Part shown: piece after piece, positions 1-7,665 of the stretch
Layout: the number at the start of each line of letters is the position of its first letter
Numbering within the stretch: the first letter of the stretch is position 1
Origin: Phycisphaerales bacterium
GTDB lineage: Bacteria > Planctomycetota > Phycisphaerae > Phycisphaerales > SM1A02
Length of the DNA stretch: 64,000 nt
Direction: 5' to 3'
Assembly: GCA_029246705.1 (NCBI GenBank)
Contig: JAQWMQ010000041.1
Span: forward strand, 142-64,141
Position numbers and translations under genes: made by a program
Notes under the pieces: generated by a model
What the model was told of the DNA's origin: nothing
Seen by the model: the letters and a program-made list of their open reading frames with translations, nothing else
Databases searched by the model: none

Positions 1-670
1 TCTCGATCTGGCTCATGTTGCCACGCATGAAGATGATCATGGTCGCTTCCTGTACGACGATCGGTGGTTTCGCCCGGTCGGTCATGCTGAATGATATTTC
101 CAGAGCGTTCGTCACTTCCTCGATCGTCAGTCCCGATTTGATGAGATCGTGTGCTGCGTAGGCCTTGAGAAACGTGCCACTCGATTGCTGGGCGACCGGT
201 CGACTGGACCTGCCTCGACTGGTGTTCTCCTGCGGCGTCTTCTTCCCGACGATTCTCCACAACCCTTCGGAGATTCGTTCGTACTCGAGCGTACCTTTCA
301 CGGCCGCGTCGTCCTGGTCCTGGTAGATCAGTTCGCCTTCGATGCCACACGCGAGCTTCAGGCCGGGAAGAATAGATCCGATCGCGACATTGATCGGGGG
401 CAGCTTGAATCCAGCGACACCGGGGGTAAGCACCACCGACTGTTCAGGGAACCCTTTTCGCAGGAGATCGACGTATTCGCCGCAGGTTCCGCCGGGAAAA
501 TCAACACGGATCACTTTTCGAACCGGGTTGACCTGTACCTGCTGGCTTCGGTCGGCTGCCTGCGAAATCGTCTCCGCATCAAGCTTGCTCGAACCCGTCA
601 AAGCGGTTCCAAGCATCACCAAGAGTGTGGTTCCTGTCACGAGTGCACGACTACAACGTTTGCTACGCAT
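1..670 (-). CDS. Secreted hypothetical protein (C-terminal part lies outside the window); paralog of the 1983..2948 product
   Basis: Absent from the ORF track because it runs off the window edge. Reverse-strand ATG at 668-670 opens MRSKRCSRALVTGTTLLVMLGTALTG (signal-peptide-like). VIRVDFPGGTCGEYVDLL and PPIVVQEATMIIFMRG parallel YVEINFDGGTLSEYITVI and SPVIRFHEPTSVLFVTC of the 1983..2948 protein. Confidence 0.6.
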   Translation of the reverse strand, partial: MRSKRCSRALVTGTTLLVMLGTALTGSSKLDAETISQAADRSQQVQVNPVRKVIRVDFPGGTCGEYVDLLRKGFPEQSVVLTPGVAGFKLPPINVAIGSILPGLKLACGIEGELIYQDQDDAAVKGTLEYERISEGLWRIVGKKTPQENTSRGRSSRPVAQQSSGTFLKAYAAHDLIKSGLTIEEVTNALEISFSMTDRAKPPIVVQEATMIIFMRGNMSQIE

Positions 671-836
671 GGCGTAAGTCTCCTGCCGGTTGGTTTCAGA
701 TTGGAGTTGTTGACGGCCCGTGGCGATCCTTCGTGTCGCCACTACACCAACGCACGAGCGGTCATGACCTGACACTTCATCCTGTAAAAAATGCAATCGG
801 ACGAAATCAAATCGAGCGTGGGGGGGGTCGTCCGGT

Positions 837-1427
837 CTACAGGGGGGAGGGGAGTGTCTCTTCACCGTCGTTCATGACCAGGATGCACTTCTCCGGGTCG
901 CAGGCTATCGAAGCACTGATTCCCGCTCGAGCGAGCATGGTCACCAGGTCGCGCGAGCCGATCACCCGAAAATCAAGCTCCAGGTCCGTTTCCTGAGTCA
1001 ACCATTCCGAGGGAAATGCCATCTTGCTGGTGACCATGATCGGTTCACCCGAAGCCATGAGTGACGCGTAGGCTTCTGCCGGGTCGAAGCTCGACCAGTC
1101 GGCATCGCCCCATTTGGCGTCATTCGTCTTCCCCACGCCGTCGGTCGCGAGGAGACCTTCGGTCTTTGAAGGGGTTTCCTGCTCGCTGGTTTCCTCGACC
1201 AGTCGATCCCGAGGGGATTCGATTCGGTTGGTGCGGCTCGGCTCGAGAAGTTCCCAGCCCAGGATCGCGGCGCCAAGCAGCAGCACCATGCCGACCACCG
1301 ACCGGCGGCGCCTTCGACGGCGGAGGCCTTCACGCATCGCTTCCTGAATGAGGGGAAGCATGCGGTCCCGTCGGGCCATGCCCGCTTCGGACAGCGGGTC
1401 GTTTCTTCGTTCCGGGGTGTCGGTCAT
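837..1427 (-). CDS. Putative anti-sigma factor (single-pass membrane protein)
   Basis: ATGA start/stop overlap with the ECF sigma gene at 1424-1427. Arg-rich stretch RRRRRRR followed by one hydrophobic helix VVGMVLLLGAAILGW. Position directly downstream of the sigma gene. Confidence 0.5.
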   Translation of the reverse strand: MTDTPERRNDPLSEAGMARRDRMLPLIQEAMREGLRRRRRRRSVVGMVLLLGAAILGWELLEPSRTNRIESPRDRLVEETSEQETPSKTEGLLATDGVGKTNDAKWGDADWSSFDPAEAYASLMASGEPIMVTSKMAFPSEWLTQETDLELDFRVIGSRDLVTMLARAGISASIACDPEKCILVMNDGEETLPSPL

Positions 1428-1969
1428 GTGTCTGCGTCCGTTTCAGAATCGGTCAGTTCTTCGCGAAGCTGTTCGAGTGAACGCCTGATACGACCGTCCA
1501 CCGCGCCGGTGCCCAGTCCGAGTGCGTCCGCGATGCGCTGCAAGGTCCAGCCCAGGGAGAATCTCGCCTGGAGGAGGGTGCGTTGTTCCTCTTCCAGTGA
1601 TGCAAGACGTTCATCCAGCGCGTCGATGTCTTCCTGGAGGGTTTTCTCGGCCTGGTGGCTTCGTCGGTTCGCTTCGCGCCGCTTCCTTCTCTTTTCGGAT
1701 CTGATCCGGTCCCGGGCCACGTTGATCATCACTCGGTCGATCCAGGCGGAAAGCTGTCTTCGAGTCTCGAACCGGGGCATCGAGCCCGAGATCTTGAGCA
1801 TCGTGTCCTGCACCACGTCCAGTGAAGTCGATTCGTCGAATCCGGTCATCATTCGCACCCTTTCATGGCAGTGGTCGAACCAGCCTTCGTAGAACGTGGC
1901 AAAGGCCTCGGTCGAGCCCGAGGCGATTGCCGCACTGATTCCCGGAATGTCGTCAGGGTCGATCGCCAT
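1424..1969 (-). CDS. ECF-type RNA polymerase sigma-70 family factor
   Basis: 181 aa. Region-2-like LDVVQDTMLKI and AWIDRVMINVARD. Region-4 HTH WTLQRIADALGLGTGAVDGRIRRSLEQLR. A charged coiled insert (RSEKRRKRREANRR...LEEEQ) lies between them. Confidence 0.85.
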   Translation of the reverse strand: MAIDPDDIPGISAAIASGSTEAFATFYEGWFDHCHERVRMMTGFDESTSLDVVQDTMLKISGSMPRFETRRQLSAWIDRVMINVARDRIRSEKRRKRREANRRSHQAEKTLQEDIDALDERLASLEEEQRTLLQARFSLGWTLQRIADALGLGTGAVDGRIRRSLEQLREELTDSETDADT

Positions 1970-1982
1970 CTTGTTTCATGCG

Positions 1983-2948
1983 TCACTCTGGTGTTGCATT
2001 CTTCTCCGCCTGCTCCTTGTACTTGGCGTATTCCGCGAAAGACACCTCGAGCGGTCCGAACATCTCAAGCACCTCTTCGAGGTTGCGCACCTTCGCCTCG
2101 AGCCGGTCGCGTTCGATCTCGAGTTTGCCGAGCTCGCCGCGCAGGTAGAACCCCAGCTCCGCGGACTTGTTTCTGGAATCCCTGACTTCATCCTGCGACT
2201 TGGTGAGTTCGCGCAAGAGAGCACGGCCTTCGGCCTGTGCCTTCTCCACCTGACGCCTGGCCTCCTCATCACGTTCTTCGCTCAAATCGTTTCGCTCTGA
2301 AGCCGCTTGGAGCGCCCTGAGCACTTCGTGCACGATGTCGGATTGCTTCGAGTCGCACGTGACGAAGAGCACGCTTGTCGGTTCATGGAACCGGATGACG
2401 GGGCTGCCTGAACCGCTCATCTCGAACCCGACCTGCATGGTTCCAAGGATTTTCTCGATGGAATACCCGTTGTTGGTGAGTTCGGCGAGTTCGTAGATCA
2501 TGGTGGTCGTTCCCCGTTGCGCGGCGCTTCTCTCTTCCATCTCCTGCAGCGTCTGGACTATTCGGCCTTTTACGGGAAGGATGCGCACGAGGTACTTGTC
2601 GATCAGATTCCATTGGATCTTCGTCGAGTATTCATTCCCGTTGGGGTACTGGAGATCCATGGAAATGCCGTCGATCACGTTGAGGGCCACTTCAGGCGAT
2701 GAAATCGCACCGTAGACCGCCGGGACCTGGAACTGACCGGCGGGGGGCAGGATCATGAAGCTGGTGAGATCATTGAATGATTCCTTGATCACCGTGATGT
2801 ACTCCGACAGCGTGCCGCCGTCGAAGTTGATCTCGACGTACTCGGGTTCCGGTTCTTGCCCGCCGAAACCGTCCTGGTATCCAGCGGCAGAAGCCGAGAG
2901 GGCGCCCGTGAGAAGAGCGGGAATGGTCAGGGTCATGAGTCGTTTCAT
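1983..2948 (-). CDS. Secreted protein with C-terminal coiled coil (function unknown)
   Basis: Signal peptide MKRLMTLTIPALLTGALSASAAG. The last ~110 aa are heptad-like and charged (EERDEEARRQVEKAQAEGRALLRELTKSQDEV...). Only 13 nt upstream of the sigma gene on the same strand. Confidence 0.6.
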   Translation of the reverse strand: MKRLMTLTIPALLTGALSASAAGYQDGFGGQEPEPEYVEINFDGGTLSEYITVIKESFNDLTSFMILPPAGQFQVPAVYGAISSPEVALNVIDGISMDLQYPNGNEYSTKIQWNLIDKYLVRILPVKGRIVQTLQEMEERSAAQRGTTTMIYELAELTNNGYSIEKILGTMQVGFEMSGSGSPVIRFHEPTSVLFVTCDSKQSDIVHEVLRALQAASERNDLSEERDEEARRQVEKAQAEGRALLRELTKSQDEVRDSRNKSAELGFYLRGELGKLEIERDRLEAKVRNLEEVLEMFGPLEVSFAEYAKYKEQAEKNATPE

Positions 2949-3095
2949 TGTCGTTGGTCTCCAGTTGCGGCCCGTTGTGTTCCTTGGAATGGATCTGATT
3001 CATCAACCGAACGTCTACGGCCGGGGTTTTTCCATGCACCGGTGGAAAAGAGCGTGTTTTTTTCTCAAAGACGCGATCGACGCCAGGCAGGAGCC

Positions 3096-4415
3096 TCAGG
3101 GGCGCGCCAGCAGTGGTTCCAGGTGCCCACCGCGGACAAGGACCGCCTCGTCACCACCCGCTCTTCCGATGAGCTGGACACCCATGGGAAGTCCGTCCGC
3201 GGTTCGTCCGGCGGGGAGCCCCAGGGTGGGCAGGTGTGCATGCGTCCAAGGGGCGTTCATGATGCCGTTTCCGGTCGAACCAAGCCCGAGGGGCGCTGGG
3301 CCGGTGGTTGCCGGTGCCAGCCAGAGGTCGATGCCGTCGCGGTCCATGAAGGTTTCGAGGTCTCGACGCAGGGCGTCGCACGAGTCGAGGACCTCCTGGT
3401 GTCGCCGGTCATCGACGCCCTTCGCGCGGTCGATCAGCTTGAGGGTTCTCGGGTCGTACTTCTTCGACCACTGCGTTCGCCACTCCGCATGCACCGCTGC
3501 GGCTCCCATCGCGCAGAGGTCCATGTGTCGTTCGAAGAGTGCATCGAAGTCCTCAAGTGCGTTGGTACGGACGATCCGAATGCCCTCGGTCTCGAGGAAC
3601 TCGCAGACCATGCCGAAATGGGCGCGTGCGGAATCCTCGGCATGACGCAGGTAGCGCTCATGGGGAATGCCAAGAACCGGAACGCCTGCATCGGGGCCGG
3701 GTTCCCAGTCCTCCACCAGGGTGGCAAGGCCGAGGCCGAGTGCGTCCACGTCGTGGCCGTACACCCCGATGTGATCCGCTTCCGGTGCCAGGGGGACCAC
3801 ACCGGTCCTCGGCACTCGGTTCTGCGTCGGCAGGAACGCGGCCACGCCGCAGTACGCACCGGGACGAATCAGGGAGCCCACCGTCTGGGTGCCCAGTGCC
3901 AGGGTGCAGAGTCCCGCGGCAACTGCCGCGGCGGATCCGCTCGAGGACCCACCCGGAGTGTGCTCGAGATCGTGGGGGTTGCGGGTCGGGCCGGGCGCGA
4001 GGTAGGCGAATTCGGTGCAGGCGCTCTTGCCCAGGACCAGTGCGCCTGCCTCGAGCAGGCGTGAGACACAAGGCGCCTGGGGACCTTCGAAGAGTTCCGG
4101 AGGCAGGGTGGTACCCGCCCTGGTGGGAAAGCCGTCGACGTTGAAGATGTCCTTGACCGCCACCGGCACCCCGAACAGCGGAGGGCGGGATGCGGGATCT
4201 GGAAATCGATCGAGCAGGCGATCCGCATCACGGTGCAGTCGTTCGAACCGATCCGCTTCCTCCACGAAGGCCAGTATCCGTGGTTCCACTTCCTCGAACA
4301 TCGATTCGAGCGAGTCAATGAAGCCATGAAGTTCCAACTCGCCGGAAGCCAGGCTTCCGGCGAGGTCGACGAGGTTCGACTGGTTCGCGAGTTCGGACAT
4401 GATCTTCAGGGTCAC
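3096..4415 (-). CDS. Amidase (amidase-signature family)
   Basis: 439 aa with the AS-family Gly/Ser-rich signature GGSSSGSAAAVAAG and VAVKDIF upstream of it. The GTG start overlaps the upstream stop (GTGA at 4412-4415); an alternative ATG is at 4400. Confidence 0.85.
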   Translation of the reverse strand: MTLKIMSELANQSNLVDLAGSLASGELELHGFIDSLESMFEEVEPRILAFVEEADRFERLHRDADRLLDRFPDPASRPPLFGVPVAVKDIFNVDGFPTRAGTTLPPELFEGPQAPCVSRLLEAGALVLGKSACTEFAYLAPGPTRNPHDLEHTPGGSSSGSAAAVAAGLCTLALGTQTVGSLIRPGAYCGVAAFLPTQNRVPRTGVVPLAPEADHIGVYGHDVDALGLGLATLVEDWEPGPDAGVPVLGIPHERYLRHAEDSARAHFGMVCEFLETEGIRIVRTNALEDFDALFERHMDLCAMGAAAVHAEWRTQWSKKYDPRTLKLIDRAKGVDDRRHQEVLDSCDALRRDLETFMDRDGIDLWLAPATTGPAPLGLGSTGNGIMNAPWTHAHLPTLGLPAGRTADGLPMGVQLIGRAGGDEAVLVRGGHLEPLLARP

Positions 4416-5257
4416 CCTGCGTCGGTTTCGCCGGCGATGAGCTCCTTGCCACGTTCATGTGCCTGCTTCACGACGGGTGCCACCTGCTTCACGGGAACCA
4501 GGAACGGATAACCCGACTGGTTGCCGCCCATCATGCCGCCTCCGCCTTCGCCGCCACTGGTGCCGTCACCCATGATGCCCACGAAGATGCCGTCGTGGTT
4601 GAAGACCGGCAGTCCCGGGGAGAACAACTGGGTGGAGATCGACCACATGGGGCGGGGCTGGCTCACCTTGCCGGTGACCTGCACGGTCGCGAAGTAGGGA
4701 GCGAAGTCGTAGTCCTCGCTGAGTCGTGCCAGTGCAAGCAGTTCCTCCCCGATGGTCAGTTCATTGGTCGCGGTGAGCTTGAGCGGCTGGAGCTTGAGGT
4801 CCTTGGTGTCCTCGAGCATGACGAACGCCAGCTGCAGGGATGAATCCTTCGCAGCCAGGACCGCGTCGTGTTCATCGAAGTCCTCGCCCATCACCACGCG
4901 GATGTCGGTGGGGGAGGCCTCGATCTCCATGTCATCCATGCCGCCGCCGCCGCCGCCGCGTCCGCCGCGACCGCGTCCGCGCATCTGGCGGCGCATCTGG
5001 TTGGCCATGTCCATCGGCCCGCCGGGGATCATGATGAGTCCGTCGTCACTGACCACGATGCCGTCGATCTCGACGGGAATCTCGCGGTCCATGCCTCCGC
5101 CGCCGCCGCCCATCGAGACGTTCATGATGAACTTGACCGTGACCACCGAGGCGGAATGGTCGCTCAGCAGCTGCTTGTACGGGTTGTCGTCCGCGAGGGT
5201 GGGTGCGGAACAGGTGATCGCTGCGAAGAGCGCCAGAAGTACGGGAATGCGATTCAA
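4412..5257 (-). CDS. Secreted Gly-rich protein resembling a catalytically inactive trypsin/HtrA fold
   Basis: Signal peptide NRIPVLLALFAAITCSAPTLA. TTG start preceded by GGGAGC. SPGLPVFNHDGIFVGIMG occupies the place of GNSGGPLVNLEGEVVGIN in the neighbouring HtrA, but the Ser context is lost. Poly-Gly/Arg-Gly tracts (GGGGGG, RGRGRGGRGGGGGG). Confidence 0.6.
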   Translation of the reverse strand: MNRIPVLLALFAAITCSAPTLADDNPYKQLLSDHSASVVTVKFIMNVSMGGGGGGMDREIPVEIDGIVVSDDGLIMIPGGPMDMANQMRRQMRGRGRGGRGGGGGGMDDMEIEASPTDIRVVMGEDFDEHDAVLAAKDSSLQLAFVMLEDTKDLKLQPLKLTATNELTIGEELLALARLSEDYDFAPYFATVQVTGKVSQPRPMWSISTQLFSPGLPVFNHDGIFVGIMGDGTSGGEGGGGMMGGNQSGYPFLVPVKQVAPVVKQAHERGKELIAGETDAG

Positions 5258-5288
5258 AGGAGTGCTCCCAATCAGGGCTGTGGTTGGT

Positions 5289-7334
5289 TCAGATGGCGTC
5301 TTCGGGCTCGGGCCAGTCCGGCTCTATGAAGATGAAGTTCGTGCGGTGGTCGCGAAGGACGAAGATCTTCACGATCTTGGGTCGTTGGGTCATGATCGAT
5401 TCGATCTGCTGCTCGAAGCCGGCGACATCGGCGACGTCCTTGTCGTTGATCGAGATCAACAGGTCACCCTGCTGGAGACCACCGAGCGAGGCCCAGCCGC
5501 CGGGGGTGACATTGGTCACCACCACGCCCCGGACCGCGTCTTCCCAACGCTTGTCGATGGCGTCCATGAAGATCGGATCACGCACCGAGAACTCGAGGAT
5601 TTCGGATTCCGCGCTTTCGGTGTCCGAGACCGAGGATGGAGTCGGTTCCATCATGATCGGAAGCTTCATTTCCTTGCCGTCACGAATGATGTCGAAGGCC
5701 GCTTCGGTCTCGACCGGAAGGTTCTCGATGCGCCGGGTCAGTTGTGCGGCGTCCTGGGGCCGGGACGCTCGCAGCTTGCCGCCCTCGATCGCGGTGATCA
5801 CGTCACCTATGCGCAGACCCGCGGCTTCGGCCTCGGTGCCGGGGTAGATTCGAGTCACGCGAAAGCCCCTGGTCGACTCCAGTCCGATCGCCTTTGCGAC
5901 CGGCTTGGTCAGCACCTGCGTCTCCGCGCCCAGCCAGGCACGGGGCAGTTCACCACCACCGATCACGTTTCGTTCGGCTTCGGTCTCGATCACGGTGAGG
6001 ATTTCGGCGTCTCCACGGCGAAAGGTGACCAGGCTCTCCTGTCCTTCCTCCAGTTCGCGGATTTCACGGATGAAATCCTCGAGGTTCTCGACCGGGGTTC
6101 CATCGACGTTCAGGATCACGTCGCCACGTGCGATCTGCGGCTGGGCCTTTTCTGCCGGCTTGCCGGGCCTGACCCCGGTGACCATCACGCCTTCGGCACT
6201 GGGGAACCTGAGCCCGAGCGCCATCTGGGCGGTCACGTCCCTGACGGTGATGCCCCAGTTCTTGGCTTCATCCTCCTGACCGAGGTATTCCTCGAGCGGC
6301 TCGGAGACCAGAGTTCCGTGCATCGGCTTGCCGTCGCGTTCCCAGTCGATCGGAGCGGGGGATCCGGGCTTGATGTCGGCCATTCGCTTGAGCAGGGGGG
6401 GGATCTCCTCGAAGCTCCTGATCCTGATCGGTTCACCGTCCATGTTCGTGATGATGTCACCGGCCTTGAGGCCCGCCTGTTCCGCGGGACTGCCTTCCAC
6501 GACCCAGGTCACCAGTGCGCCCGAATCACGGTTGATCTTGTCGACGGGCTTGACGGAAAGACCCATCCAGCCGCGTTCGACGAACCCCTTCTCAACCGCC
6601 TGGCGAAGGACGTCGTCGGCCAGGTTCGAGGGAATGGCGAAGCTCATGCCGCTTCCACCGCGGTCGTTGATGCCGACCACCTCGCCCTCCAGATTGACCA
6701 GCGGACCACCGCTGTTGCCACCGAGGATCAGCGCATCGTGCTGGATCCAACGGGTGAAGAGTCCGGTTCGCTGGCCACCGCCGAGATCGACCTCGTCCAT
6801 CTCGTTGCCGGTGAAGCTGGTGAACACCCGGGTGGGGTTCGAGACGATGCCCCGGGTCATCGAACTGGACAGGGTCTGGGGATTGCCCATGGCGAAGACG
6901 TCGTCACCGATCTCAAGCTGGTCTGAGTCGCCGAGTCGGGCGAAAGGCACTTCCTCCGTTGTTCCATCCTGCTCCAGTTGCAGTTGCAGCACTGCAAGGT
7001 CGGTGAGGGGATCGAGGACGATCGGCTCCGCGTTGAAGACCCGTCCATCGGGAAGCTTGCAGGTGATCCGCGTGGTCTCGCCCGCGACGTGGAAGTTGGT
7101 GAGTACATGACCCTCCGGTGAGACGATCACGCCACTGCCTGCCGCGGGGAACCTGCGCATCCGACCGTTCTGGTACTGCTTGCCAACGACGGAGATGTTG
7201 ACCAGTGCCGGATAGACCGCCTCGCGTGCCTGCATGAAGTCTCGATCATCGTCTCCAGCACCAGCAGTGCCGGAAAACGAGATGGTCGTGCCGAGAAGGC
7301 AGGCTGCCGTGATCATCGTAGAGAAGGTATTCAT
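5289..7334 (-). CDS. HtrA/DegP-family periplasmic serine protease with four PDZ-like domains
   Basis: Triad contexts HVLTNFHV, DLAVLQL, GNSGGPLVN. Four PDZ-like segments (AGLKAGDIITNMDG, IARGDVILNVDG, AGLRIGDVITAIEG, GLQQGDLLISIND). ATG at 7334 is preceded by GGAG; the track start 7364 is a GTG. Confidence 0.9.
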   Translation of the reverse strand: MNTFSTMITAACLLGTTISFSGTAGAGDDDRDFMQAREAVYPALVNISVVGKQYQNGRMRRFPAAGSGVIVSPEGHVLTNFHVAGETTRITCKLPDGRVFNAEPIVLDPLTDLAVLQLQLEQDGTTEEVPFARLGDSDQLEIGDDVFAMGNPQTLSSSMTRGIVSNPTRVFTSFTGNEMDEVDLGGGQRTGLFTRWIQHDALILGGNSGGPLVNLEGEVVGINDRGGSGMSFAIPSNLADDVLRQAVEKGFVERGWMGLSVKPVDKINRDSGALVTWVVEGSPAEQAGLKAGDIITNMDGEPIRIRSFEEIPPLLKRMADIKPGSPAPIDWERDGKPMHGTLVSEPLEEYLGQEDEAKNWGITVRDVTAQMALGLRFPSAEGVMVTGVRPGKPAEKAQPQIARGDVILNVDGTPVENLEDFIREIRELEEGQESLVTFRRGDAEILTVIETEAERNVIGGGELPRAWLGAETQVLTKPVAKAIGLESTRGFRVTRIYPGTEAEAAGLRIGDVITAIEGGKLRASRPQDAAQLTRRIENLPVETEAAFDIIRDGKEMKLPIMMEPTPSSVSDTESAESEILEFSVRDPIFMDAIDKRWEDAVRGVVVTNVTPGGWASLGGLQQGDLLISINDKDVADVAGFEQQIESIMTQRPKIVKIFVLRDHRTNFIFIEPDWPEPEDAI

Positions 7335-7665
7335 CGGATTCGCTCCAAGGGGGTGGGCGGGCACTGTACCACTCGATCGCGGCGGTGATCCAGCCGGGGA
7401 AAACCGCTTTGAGTCCGGTTTCGAGGGGCTTCGTGCCGGTGATTTTCCCGCTCAGGTGGGCGGGAAGCCCGATCGGCTTCAACCACGTGAAAAACAGTGA
7501 TTTAATCGAAGCCCTGAGTGATAGGATCGGGCCGACTCCAGCGGAATCCAGTATCGGGCCATCAGGGCATGTCCCGGTGAACCCACCTGTTCCCTCGGGA
7601 AAAGGGCGTGGTTTCTCATTCCGCCCAGTTCCCAGACAGTCACAAAGCAAGATGTGGAGAATTTC

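Noticed and set aside
3028-3063. TTTTCCA / TGGAAAA hairpin followed by a T7 run
   Set aside because: The 7-bp stem is AU-rich and weak. The T-run is on the plus strand, where there is no upstream gene, while the coding strand here is minus. It may simply be promoter-region AT-richness for the 1983..2948 gene.
4940-4957. (GCC)6 trinucleotide run (and a similar run near 5097-5110) as a possible phase-variation tract
   Set aside because: The unit length is 3, so slippage keeps the frame. The run simply encodes the poly-Gly tract of the 4412..5257 protein.
4752-6926. 724-aa plus-strand ORF
   Set aside because: It is antisense to the HtrA gene, whose product has a complete catalytic triad and PDZ motifs. 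The plus-strand translation is low-complexity (Pro/Arg/Ser-rich) with no motif. Long antisense ORFs are expected in high-GC DNA.
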